DNA from: Neocallimastix sp. 'constans'
Taxonomy: Eukaryota
NCBI GenBank assembly: GCA_050613775.1
Contig: JBODTK010000012.1
Location: 434,001 to 498,000, forward strand
Direction: 5' to 3'
Length of the DNA: 64,000 nucleotides
The notes under the pieces were generated by a model. That model saw only the letters and a list, made by a program, of their open reading frames with translations, had not been told where the DNA came from and did no database searches. The stretch's first letter is position 1. Each line of letters begins with the position of its first letter. This document shows positions 27,066-38,834 of this stretch, one piece after another. The position numbers were made by a program, and so were the translations under genes.

Positions 27066-27299
27066 ATTATTATTATTTGTAAATTAATCTTGTTTTATAT
27101 GAAATACATTATTTTATTTATTTAAATAATTTCATTGTATTATTAAAAAGTTATAAATAATATTAATAAGATAAATTTTACTGTACATTTTAATCTTTGT
27201 TATTAACAAAAATCATTATTATATGTTAATAAACCTTAAATATTGAAATAAAAATTATTAAATACAATCAATAATAAGTTGTTTATTTTATATTTTAAT

Positions 27300-28438
27300 G
27301 TTAGTCTCTATAATATTACTCGAGGATTGAGAATAATTCTTCTTTCAGCTGTCTGTGTTATTTCTCAATTACGATGCTTTAGAAAATGGAAAAACTCATC
27401 ATGTATTATTAATTATCTCACTAATAATATTTCTACTATGTCACATTACTCATGAACTAAAGAATCAAGGACTTTGGATAAGAAATTAAATGATAAAAAA
27501 ACAAGTGAAATAAAAATGTTTTATTGGGAAAGAGAAGTTTTCAAACCTTCAAAAGCTAAAAAAGCAATTATTTACAAGGAGAATGATTTTGGATTTATTT
27601 CAGAAATCAAAAACTTAACATTTCGACATCCTAAATATCAGTTGGGATTCTTTTGGATTTCTCGAATTAGGTGTGATTTTAAATTTGACATTAGTATTTC
27701 CATTAAAGAAAAGTAGTCTCAGAAGATTGCCCTAAATGTTGCCCTTGTTGTGGTGTTATTGTATCTAGCTTTTCTCACTGGATCTTTGCCTGTAAAGAAT
27801 TGGAAAATTACAGAAATAAGTCTTTACCTTTTCTAGATGATCTCTTTTTGAAGTTTGCAATGATAATTGAACAAAAATCCTTGGATGTTTCTTTTGATTC
27901 AGAAAAGGATTATGATAATAATATTTATTACTTTATATTGAGTGCTCCTCTTGGGGGTTCAATATATGAAAAAATTAAACTTAATGATGGGGAACAAAGA
28001 TAATTAGTTGACAATATTTTTAAACAAAGTTCAACTTCGTTGATTATTCCGTATTTTGTGGGAATTGCGGAGTTTCTAACAAACGTAATACCTTTAATTT
28101 GTCGATCTTTTAAATTGATGATGAAATGATATTCCGTTGAATCTACCGTTGCCGAGAGCGTCGACGTCGAAATGATAAGGTATGGATTTTCACCTCCCAG
28201 TGAAAAAACTAATACAGATTCGTTAGATAACACTAATACTGAAATTATTACTCGCAATAATGGACGTGGTGTTATCATCGATGAATGGGAAAATTTAGAG
28301 GCTATTGCTTCTAACGCACTTTTATAATTTTATGATATATAATATTTTATTTCATGTATTTTATTATTTTTTTTTTAAAATCATGTAATTTTATTATTAT
28401 TATAAATTAAAAAAATTTTTCTATAAGTCAAAAAAAAA
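27300..28438 (+). mobile_element. 5'-truncated copy of the same LINE family as 13763-17424
   Basis: Aligns to the reverse complement of ~13775-14889 and ends in an A-tract. Flanked by atattt(t)aat; the left arm has the empty site at ~13360-13370. Confidence 0.88.
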
Positions 28439-28714
28439 ATATTTAATTTTTTCATTTATTTAAATATAAAATTTATATATTTATAATGTTATTATTTACT
28501 TTTTTTCTTTTCTAAATTTTAAATTATTATTTCTTGAATAAAAATAAAAAAAAAATAAAAAATAAAAAAATAAAAAATAAAAAATAAAAAGAATTCCTAT
28601 TTTTACTATTATTACACAAAACAATAAAATTAACAAAAATAAACACATTGATTTTTAAATTTGCTTATTTTATTATATATTTATTTAATGTAATCTTATT
28701 TATATATTAAAATA

Positions 28715-28751
<37 letters not shown>

Positions 28752-29028
28752 TTTTTATATTTTTTGTATTTATTTTTTATTATTAATTTATTATCATTTT
28801 ATTTACAAATTTCTTTTTTTTATTTATTTTAGTACTTTTATAATATTATATTTAAAATAAAAATATTAAAAATAATATATTAAAAGAAGAAATATTGCTT
28901 AACATATTTTTCTTTCTATATTATAATTTCTATTATTTTTAAATCAAATATAATTTATTTTATACGCTTTAGAAAAAAATTTTTTTAATTTAAATTTTAA
29001 TTTATAAAATTGAATTAAATAAAAAAAT

Positions 29029-29277
29029 TGTTAGAATTAAATAATATGTTTTTACATCTTGTTTATTTATATTAATTATATATGAAAAATCTATAAATAT
29101 TTTAAGATAAAGGTTAAAAGTAAAACAAAATTACATTTGTCTATTTTATAAATTCTTACAGGGAATTATTATTGGACAATAAACAGGAAAAATAATATTT
29201 TAACATCTTATATTCTAAGAAATTATGATTGTATATCAAATAGAATAAGAAATATTTTAACCTTTTATATTCTAACA
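29029..29277 (-). repeat. 3' LTR of the Copia element (249 bp)
   Basis: Terminal inverted repeat TGTTAGAAT...ATTCTAACA; preceded on the minus strand by the polypurine tract GAGGGGGGAC (29278-29288). Confidence 0.9.
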
Positions 29278-32050
29278 GTCCCCCCTCAAATCAAACTTTC
29301 CTGCTGATAGTTTGATTTGATATTTAATACTTAGTTAGTTATTTCAATTGAAAATTCATTCCTGAATCTTTCCATAAGTGACCTGTTCAAGTACTTTGTA
29401 AATCCATCTGCCAGGTTATCTTGTGTTCTTACGTAAGAAAGTTTTATTTTCTTATCATTAATTAATTCTCTTATATGATGGTATCTAATATCTATGCGCT
29501 TTGATATTCTATTTGTAGATTGATTTATGCTATTATGGATTGCTGCCTTATTGTCGACATTAATGTTTACACAATTTAAATTAATATTAAGTTCCTTAAA
29601 TAAGTTCATGCACCATAGAGTGTGTTTTGCACATTCACTAAGGTTGTAGTACTCTGCTTCTGCTGTGGATGTTGCAACACATTGTTGCAGTTTTGAACAC
29701 TAATTTGTTGGTGAGTCTCCAACAATAAACAGAAAACCTGAGGTTGATCTTCTTGTTTTAAGATCTCCTGCATAATCCGCATCTGCCAATATTCTTAATG
29801 AATCCTTTTTTGAAAGTTTGATACAACAATTAATTGTTCCTTTTGGTATCTAAAAATTCTTTTAACATATTCCTAGTCTTCTAGGGTCTAGTACTTGTGG
29901 CTAAATAGAGTAGGTCTCTTATAGCGCTTCTATACTCCGTATCATTAAATTTCATTTTTCTTAGTTGATCATCCTCTATCGGATTTGGCGCCCTTACGGG
30001 TTTACTTGTGTTTAACTCAAATTTCTTTAATAAATCATTTATATATCCTTTTTGGAGTAATATATATCAGTCTTGGAATCTTACAAATTTTATTCCGATA
30101 ACCAATCTACATTTCCTGCATCCTTTATATTAAAGACGCTCTTAATTAAATTTTTGTTTAGTTTTATATCTTCTTTATTTCCTGCTATCAATATGCCGTC
30201 TACATATACTAATAAGATGCAAACTATTTTACCATTATTGTCTTGTTTAATATGTATACAAGGTTCACTAATTAGTCTCTTGAATTTCATTTGTAGTAAT
30301 TCTTTATTTAATTTATTCGTTCTATTCCCTTCTGGATTGTTTTAAACCATATAACGCTTTATTTAATTTCCAGTAACCCTTTCTATAAGATGAGTGCCCT
30401 TCTGGTGCTCACATTTAAATTTCTCCGTTCAGAGTTGCATTAAGGTAAGCAGAATTAATATCTATTTGTACAATTTCAAAATCCTTTTGAACCGTAATTG
30501 CTGTTATTAATCGAAGAGAGTCTTGTTTTAATGTTGGTGAAAATGTTTCTTTATAGTCGATTCCATATTTTTGACTGAAGCCTCTTGCTACCAGTCTAGC
30601 AATTCTTTTTATGATATTGCCGCAATCATCCTTTTTATATTTAAAGACCCACTTTGATGACACTAAGTTTGAATTATGTGGGATGTTGAATACTAATGTG
30701 TTAGGTTCACTTAAATTATTCTTTGCTGTTGTTTTTTTCATACTTGTTTTTTGTTTCCTGATACTAGGGTCTGTGGTTCAGTTTTCTGTTTTTTTCCTAT
30801 TTGTTAATATTTGATTGATTTCTCTGTCTGTATTATTAATAAATGGGATGCTTGTGGTGTTGTATGGTGGGACACTCCCCCTGATTTCGGAAGGAGGAAG
30901 AAAATTTGATTGAATATTAGATAGGGAAAATGTAATCCTGGAATTAGCAGCGCTATCCTCGAAAAATTCAACAGTACGGGAAAAAATAATTTTATTGTTG
31001 ATAATATCCAAAATTTTATAGGTTTTAGGATTTTCACTATAACCAAGAAAAATTCCAGGTGAAGCATTGTTATCAGACTTGCTCCTAAAAGACTTAGGAA
31101 TGTAGAAGAAAACTCTACAACCAAAAACTTTAAAGCGAGAATAGTCTACTTTGAAATTTGTGATAATTTCGAAAGGAATTTTATTATTAATGCCACGATG
31201 AGGTATACGATTATGAATATAATTAGCTGTATCTGCAGCATATTCCCATAATTGGTGGCTTAATTGTGAGTCACTAAGAAGACTTTGGAATTTGATATTG
31301 CTGAATTCTGTACCATTGTCTGTTTGGATGTAAGAGATAGTCTTGTTTAAAATGTTTTTAACTTTGATATACCATGTATAGAAAATGGAGAAAACGTCAC
31401 TTTTGTTTAAGATAAAGAATACCCATCCAAATTTGGAATAATCGTCAAGGAAGGTAAGGATGTATTTGTTTCCATGTAGAGATTCATTTAGTGGTCCTAT
31501 TAAGTCCATATAGATTAAAGTGAAACATGATTTCATACCGATATGAATTCTGTTAAATGGTCTGTTTTTCAATTTGGATTGTGAGCAAATGTCACAATGA
31601 TTATCTATATTAATTTCAATAATTTGTTTTTAATGGTATTGATACCAAAATAGCCTAATCGTCGATGCCATAATTTAATTTTATCAATCTTGGCAATATT
31701 ATATGTATTGGTAATAGTTATTGACTTTTGTTGGTATTGATTGAATGTTAATGGCTTACTAGAGGTCCAGATTGTGAAAATGTGTTGATTATTAGCTATT
31801 ATGTCAGAGATTCGGATACCATTATTGTCATATATAGAGACTGCTGATTTATTTCGAATATTATGAAAGACGATTTTGAACTTTAGTTGTAAAAGCCTAC
31901 TAACTGACATGATATTCTTTTTAACTCCTGGAATATAATATATATCGTTCAATGTGAATTTCTTTTTGCCAATATATCCAATAAATTGTCCTGAAATTAC
32001 TGCTGTCATTAATTCTCCATTAGCTGTAGGGATAGGTTCATTACACTTCT
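29029..32050 (-). mobile_element. Degenerate 5'-truncated Ty1/Copia LTR retrotransposon (PR remnant, IN, RT, RNase H, PPT, 3' LTR)
   Basis: LWHRRLG; YMDLIGP...LDDYS...TDNGTEF; SKWVFKYK...ARLVARGFSQKYGIDY.ETFSP; LVYVDG; VDNKAAI...IDIRYHHIRE...NLADGFTK. IN precedes RT. Many stops and frameshifts, plus an internal deletion in the integrase. Confidence 0.95.
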
Positions 32051-34271
32051 TTATTTAATTTTTTTTTTATATTTTATAAAATTCTTTATTTTATTTTTAA
32101 ATTTTTATCATTAATTAATTATTATTTTATTTAAAAATTTCTTTTAATTTTTTATTCATTTAATATTTTAATTAGTTATAATATTATATTTGAAATAAAA
32201 AAAAAACAAAAAAAAATATATAAAAAAGAAATATTGTTTTATATATATTTCTTTCTTTATTATAATTATTATTATTATTATACTAAATTTTTTAATTTAT
32301 ACGTTTTAGAAATAAATTTTTTTAATTCATATTTTAATTTATAAAATGGAATTAAATGAAAAAAACTTATTTTCTTTGTTTTTTTGAATACTAGACGAGT
32401 GCTAATTCTTTTATTAAATTAACTTTTTTTTTAATTAACTTATATTAACATTTTATTATCTTTATTATATATATTAGTAAAATAATTAAAATATATATTT
32501 ATAATTATTTTATTTTAATAATCTATTAAAATTTTCCAAAATAAAATAAAATTCAGATGATTTATATGGAAGGTTATTTTATAAAATTTTAAATAAAAAG
32601 GATTCATTATTTATAAAGCTGTAACTAATTATTTTTTTTTCTAAGAGGAAAATGGTTTTAAATTATGAAAAACAATATTAAGTTTACCAATTATAAAATG
32701 GAAATAATAATGATATTGTTATATATATATATATATAATTATTTATATAATATTAATATTAATTTCTAATATTAAACAAATTCTTACTTATAAAATAATA
32801 TTGTCTTTTCATTCTATATTAAGAAAAATCATTATTTTAAAAAAAAAAAAAAGATTAATAAACTGATTTGTATTAATGATTAAGATTAATAAACTTTTTT
32901 TTATATCTTATTTTATTTTATTTTACTTTATTTTATTTTAATTTATTTTATTTTACTTTATTTTAGTATTTTGATTAGTTTTCCATATATATACAACTTT
33001 ATCTAGTTTTTTTAACTGAATATCAAAAATTAAAATCCTTTTCTTAATGTATTTCTGGAAATAAATAGTTTTTACATGTAAAAAAATTATTACTATTGTA
33101 CAATGCAATATTTTACTATATTTATATGATATTTTTATAGAAGAAAATACTAGAAGAAACGCTTAGTAATTGTAATATATATATATATATATATATAAGT
33201 AAATAAAACATTTAATTATCTTCTTGGAAATGACAAATTATTTTTATAAGTTAAATTTTTTTTTTTTTTTTTGTAGAATAAAAGAAATAGATGAAATATT
33301 ATATTTTCATGGTTACCTTCAGTAGTATGAGGAAAATAAAAGAACAATATTAATTTTTGATTCATTAATTCATATATTTTATTCTATTTAAAGATAGAAA
33401 GAATCATTTATATTATATTTACCAAGATAAAATTAATAAAAATTAAAATTATGCATTAAAAAAAAGAAATTAAAATTAAAAAAAAAATTGATTGTATTTA
33501 TTCTACTAAAAAATGAATAATTTTAATAGTGATAGTAATGTATTTTATTTATTATATAAATATTTGTAGAAGAGTAATATCTATACTAGTTAACTATTAG
33601 AGAAAATTGAAAAAAAATTTTTTTAAAGAATTTTTATTGAAACAATGTCTCAAACGCTTGTCAAAATGTTGACGATAGCTGTACCTCGACTTCTCTGACC
33701 AATATTAAGTACCCTATCTAATATACTATCTAATATGCTGTAATGCATTAGGAAAATAAAAAAGACTTCATCTTTAAATTTTAAATAAAACGTTTATTTT
33801 CTAATTTTTATTGGAAATATAATTCAATATGTATATATATAAGCCATGATTGTCTTTAGAATAAAATAATTTTAGATAACTTGTCATTTAATCCAACAAA
33901 AAAAATTATTATATTATAAATTTAATTTATGATTAACCTTTTTCTTGTTTATTATTTTAAGAATATATTTTTGAAACTTTTTTTTTTTATTATTTATATT
34001 GATGATGTATAATGAAAATTTGTCATTATTTATATTTTAGTTATCATTCTTTTTCTTACCTTTTTTTTTTATTTATATATAATTAATAATGCATAATTAT
34101 AAATAAATCCTAAGAAATGCTAAAGAATCCATTTTTGTTGAGAAATGTAGATGAATATTCTATTTATTATTAAAATAATTTTTTTAAAAAAATGATATTT
34201 ATGGTAATTAATGGTTACACAATGATAAAGATTTTATTTTTTAATTTTGTTTTTAAAAAGATAGTTTTTTT

Positions 34272-34583
34272 GGGAGTGGAGCATTTCGCCAAATTGCATT
34301 TCGTCAGGTTGCATTTCGCCATTTTTTGAAAGCATATGGCGAAAAAAAAAAGTGGCATTTCGCTAAATTTAAAATTATTAAATAAATAAATAAATAAATA
34401 AATAAAATTAAATATTAATATTGAATAAAAACAAGTTTAAAAAAATTTTTTTAAATTAATATTTATTTATTTATTCATTTATTTTTATCAATACTCCACT
34501 TAGCGAAATGCAACATTTTAATACTACGCCACTTGGCGAAATACAACCTGGCGAAATGCAATTTGGGGAATTGCAACTCTCCC
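34272..34583. mobile_element. MITE (312 bp) with ~50-bp imperfect TIRs, possibly Mutator-like
   Basis: Left gggagtggagcatttcgccaaattgcatttcgtcaggttgcatttcgcca versus reverse complement of the right end gggagagttgcaattccccaaattgcatttcgccaggttgtatttcgcca. TSD unclear. Confidence 0.85.
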
Positions 34584-34877
34584 AATATTTTTTGTTTATT
34601 CTTTTTTTATTATTTCATTATATTATATTATATTATTTATTTATTTATTAAATATAACATATTTATTTATTTTAGTTTTTTATTCAATTTTACATTCGAA
34701 ATTTGAAATTTTAATCTATATTTTTATTTTTATTTTTTTTCTTATTTTAAAAATTTTATAATACATGTATTACATTTAAAATTAAATATAAAGTAATTAT
34801 TTTAAATCATAAGATATATATCGATTTTAATTTTAATTAGAAAATTTAAAAGTATATAACAGGTATAGTTAATAAAA

Positions 34878-34916
<39 letters not shown>

Positions 34917-35378
34917 TTTTTTTTTTTTTTTGCTTTAATTAATATTATAATAATAAGAATAAATAATTAAATAATTATTACATATATTTAATATTTTATG
35001 AAAATTAAATTAATATATATATATATTTATCAATTATTGTATTATATTTATTTTAGTAAATATTATTACTAATTATTTATTAATAAGCCATTTAGAAATT
35101 CTAATCAGTAGTACTTCATATATAAACATCAAGTAAATTTCAATCAATTTCATTTTATAAAGTGAACTATAAGATTATTATTATAAATAAATAGTTCATA
35201 AAAATTAAAAATAGATGAAAAAATAACAACCAAAAGGAAACTTTAATGTATATAAAAAATATATATTTTTTCAATATTTAGTATAAAAAAAAATTGTTTA
35301 TTCACAAATTGATTGTTAAAAATTAAAAACAAACGAACAAACAAACAAATAAACTAATAAATAAATAAGAAAGAAAAA

Positions 35379-38300
35379 ATGATTTCAATAAAAAAAAGAA
35401 ATTCCTCTAAAAGTAAATTAAATAACTTTGCTATAACAAATTACAATGACAATATATTTATTGCGAGTAAAAAGGGAAAATTAAAAATTATTAAATTTTT
35501 AGTAGAAAGAGGTATTGATGTCGATGTTATCGACGAAGAAGGCAATACTATTTTAATGTTGGCCTGTCAACGTGGTCAATTAAAAATTGTTGAATATTTG
35601 GTTTCAAAAGGGGCAAATATTAACTATAAAAATGAATTAGGTAAGACGGCTTTTATGTTCGCTTGTGAAAGCGGTCATTTAAATATTGTTAAATATTTAT
35701 TTAATCAAGGAGCTGATATTAAAGCTCGTGATAAAAATGGTTATACTGCCTTCATTTATGCTTGTCAATTTAATGATACTCCTGAAGTAGTGGACTTTTT
35801 AGTATCAAAATTTGTTAATATATTTGATACCAATAGTTTAGGCCAAAATGCTTTAATGTTGGCCTCGAGTGAAGGTCATATTAATATTGTTAAATATCTT
35901 TCTGGTCAACATCAAATGGACGTAAATAAAAGAGATTCAGAAAAGAGGACAGCATTAATTTTAGCTGCTCTTAATGGTCATGAAGACGTTGTTCGTTATT
36001 TAATTTCTAGAGGGGCAGATGTAAATAGTATGGATCATCGTTTAAATTCAGCATTAATGTTAGTAGCAGAAACAGGTAATGTAATTATCACTCATTTATT
36101 AATTAGAAATCATGCTAATATTAATGCTAGAAATTGTTATGGAGATTCCGCTTTACATGCAGCTTGTAATGAAAATCATATAGAAATCGTAAAACTTTTA
36201 GTTGAAAATGGAGCTGATATTGATGATAAAGAAAAGAGTGGTATGACTCCATTAGCATATGCTAGTAGAGCAGGCCATCTTGATATTGTTAAATATTTAG
36301 TGGAACATGGTGCCAATATTAATCTTCAAGTTTCAAATGGCTATACCCCATTATTGTTTGCCATTGAAAATGGTCATACAGATGTCGTAGAATATTTAAT
36401 TGAACAAAAAGCAGAATTCAATATAAACAATCAAAAATATCAAAATGTTTTCCTTGAATCAAATTCTGAGATAACTAATATAATTATTAATCATTTAGCT
36501 TCAAATAATTTAGAGAGTAATGATTGGTCAAATTTTAATACTATTATGAAGAATGATCGTATGTCTTTCTTTGATTACTTAATTAAGGAAGGAATTCAAA
36601 ATGGTTCATTTAATAATTATAATATTTTCATGGATTCTTGTATTCATGGCTATAAACCTATTATTGAACTTTTACTTCATCATCAAATAGATATTAATGT
36701 TCAAGATAGCCTTGGTCGTACAGCTTTAATGTATGCTACTGAAAATAGCCAATGGGAAATTATTAAACTATTAGTAGAATATGGTACTGATGTTAACATT
36801 TGTGATGGTAATGGATGGACAGCTTTAATGTACGCCTGTAGTAAAAATAAAAGTATAATCGTTGAATATTTAATAGACAATGGGGCTGAAATTAATACTG
36901 CTAATTCCGAAGGATGGAATGCCTTAATGTTTTCTTGCGTTTCAGGAAATGAAATTATTATTAAATATTTAATTCAAGAGGGAGCTGATGTTAATTCAAA
37001 AAGTAAAGATGGACTCTCTCCATTACTTCTTGCTTGTCAATATGGCAATTTAAATATCGTTAATTATTTAATTAAGCATTCTGCAAATATTATGGTTAGA
37101 GATAAGGAAGGTAAAACCGCACTTATGTATGCTACCGAATATGGATTTCTTTCTATTGTAGAATTATTAATTAAGGAAGGTATTGATGTGAATGCTGAGG
37201 ATCAATATGGTGATACGGCCTATACTATTGCTAAGCGTAAAGAATTACGTGACATTAAAAAATTGGTAAAGAAGGCGATGACGGATAATATTGATTTTGA
37301 TTATGATTTTGATGCCAGCCAACAGGATCAGTGGAAAGAATTTCATGTAAATATTAAGTATGGTGATATAGAAGCTGTTAAAGAATACGTGGAACAAGGT
37401 GAAGGGGATATTAAGGAGGATACTGAAGATCATTGGTCACCCCTTCATATTGCTGCCTATTATAATCAATTAGATATTGTAAAATATCTTGTGGAGAATG
37501 GATTTGATGTTAACATCAAATGTAATGGTTTTACCTCACTTTATTTTGCTTGTCGTAATTGTAATATGGATATTGTGAACTATCTTTTAGAGGAAGGAGC
37601 AGAGGTGAATACCATTAATCAGAATCGTTTAACCGCATTAGAAATTGCCTGTTATTCAAATGCTTATCAAATTATGAAAATCTTATTCCGTCAAGGTGTC
37701 GATATGGAAGTCAATCCATACTTGGAATATAATCTTTTAAAGATTGCTGTTGATAATACAAATTTACGTATGATGAAACTCCTATTAAATGTTGGTGAAA
37801 TAGATATCAATGCCAGAAATGCTAATGGTTCCACGATCTTACATTACATTGCTCATAAAAATATTTATATGATGGCCAATGCTTTACTTAAATTAAGTGT
37901 GATAGATGTAGATTGTGAGGATGACTTTGGTAATACCCCACTTCATATTGCATGTGAATATGGGCATGTACATTTAATACAACTTTTAATTCATTATCGT
38001 GCCGATATCAATTTTAAAAATCATCATTCTTATACCCCACTTCTCATTGCCAGTGAGAATGGGCAAATTGATGTTGTTCGTGTATTAGTGGAAAAACGGG
38101 CAAAATTAGAAAGTACTAATGATCAACATTTGAATGCACTTCATATAGCATGTAAAAATAATAATCGCAAAATTGCCCAAATTCTTTTGGATCATAAAGC
38201 TAATATTAATGCTGCAACTATTACGGGCTGGACCCCTCTTCATATTGCCGTTCAACATCAATACCCATTATTATTGAAATGCCTTCTCAATTATAAACCT

Positions 38301-38834
38301 GATTGTAATTTAGAGACCAATAATCGTCTTACACCGATGGATATTGCTTACCGTAATAAGGATGGCTATGCATTAAGCATTTTGGAAGGATATTACAGCC
38401 AAAATCTTGAAATTATTTCCGATGCCAATACCATTATTAATGAAATTAAAAATGGTAATTTATATGTAGCTTCTAATATGATTCGATCAGGAGAAATTTC
38501 TTTGGATTATGTTGATGAATATGGATGGACTGCACTTCATTGGGCCAGTTACAAAGGTTACACCGAGGTTGTTCGAGATTTAGTGAACTATGGTGCCGAT
38601 TTAGAAGCGAAAACAAGGGATACATTTGATGAACGTGAGCCATTGAAAGGAAAAACCGCTAAAGATCTTGCAGAGATGTATCAATATAAGGATATTGAAG
38701 CTCTCATTAAATCGAAGATCACTGAACTTACTATCTGTAAAATTATTAATACGTCTTCTGAAATGGCCGAAAATGCTAAAGATTTTAATGAAGCTTTCAG
38801 TGGATTAAATGATGCTCTAAAAGCTAAAAAGTAA
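35379..38834 (+). CDS. Intronless ankyrin-repeat protein, 1151 aa (roughly 27-30 ANK repeats)
   Basis: Recurring G.T(A/P)L..A...G...IV.YL...GA..N units along almost the whole length. Confidence 0.96.
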   Translation: MISIKKRNSSKSKLNNFAITNYNDNIFIASKKGKLKIIKFLVERGIDVDVIDEEGNTILMLACQRGQLKIVEYLVSKGANINYKNELGKTAFMFACESGHLNIVKYLFNQGADIKARDKNGYTAFIYACQFNDTPEVVDFLVSKFVNIFDTNSLGQNALMLASSEGHINIVKYLSGQHQMDVNKRDSEKRTALILAALNGHEDVVRYLISRGADVNSMDHRLNSALMLVAETGNVIITHLLIRNHANINARNCYGDSALHAACNENHIEIVKLLVENGADIDDKEKSGMTPLAYASRAGHLDIVKYLVEHGANINLQVSNGYTPLLFAIENGHTDVVEYLIEQKAEFNINNQKYQNVFLESNSEITNIIINHLASNNLESNDWSNFNTIMKNDRMSFFDYLIKEGIQNGSFNNYNIFMDSCIHGYKPIIELLLHHQIDINVQDSLGRTALMYATENSQWEIIKLLVEYGTDVNICDGNGWTALMYACSKNKSIIVEYLIDNGAEINTANSEGWNALMFSCVSGNEIIIKYLIQEGADVNSKSKDGLSPLLLACQYGNLNIVNYLIKHSANIMVRDKEGKTALMYATEYGFLSIVELLIKEGIDVNAEDQYGDTAYTIAKRKELRDIKKLVKKAMTDNIDFDYDFDASQQDQWKEFHVNIKYGDIEAVKEYVEQGEGDIKEDTEDHWSPLHIAAYYNQLDIVKYLVENGFDVNIKCNGFTSLYFACRNCNMDIVNYLLEEGAEVNTINQNRLTALEIACYSNAYQIMKILFRQGVDMEVNPYLEYNLLKIAVDNTNLRMMKLLLNVGEIDINARNANGSTILHYIAHKNIYMMANALLKLSVIDVDCEDDFGNTPLHIACEYGHVHLIQLLIHYRADINFKNHHSYTPLLIASENGQIDVVRVLVEKRAKLESTNDQHLNALHIACKNNNRKIAQILLDHKANINAATITGWTPLHIAVQHQYPLLLKCLLNYKPDCNLETNNRLTPMDIAYRNKDGYALSILEGYYSQNLEIISDANTIINEIKNGNLYVASNMIRSGEISLDYVDEYGWTALHWASYKGYTEVVRDLVNYGADLEAKTRDTFDEREPLKGKTAKDLAEMYQYKDIEALIKSKITELTICKIINTSSEMAENAKDFNEAFSGLNDALKAKK

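Larger units (their letters stand above)
22061..28590 (+). repeat. Right arm of the large inverted segmental duplication
   Basis: See left arm. Arm-specific blocks: 22555-23541, 26958-27065 and 27300-28438. Confidence 0.92.
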
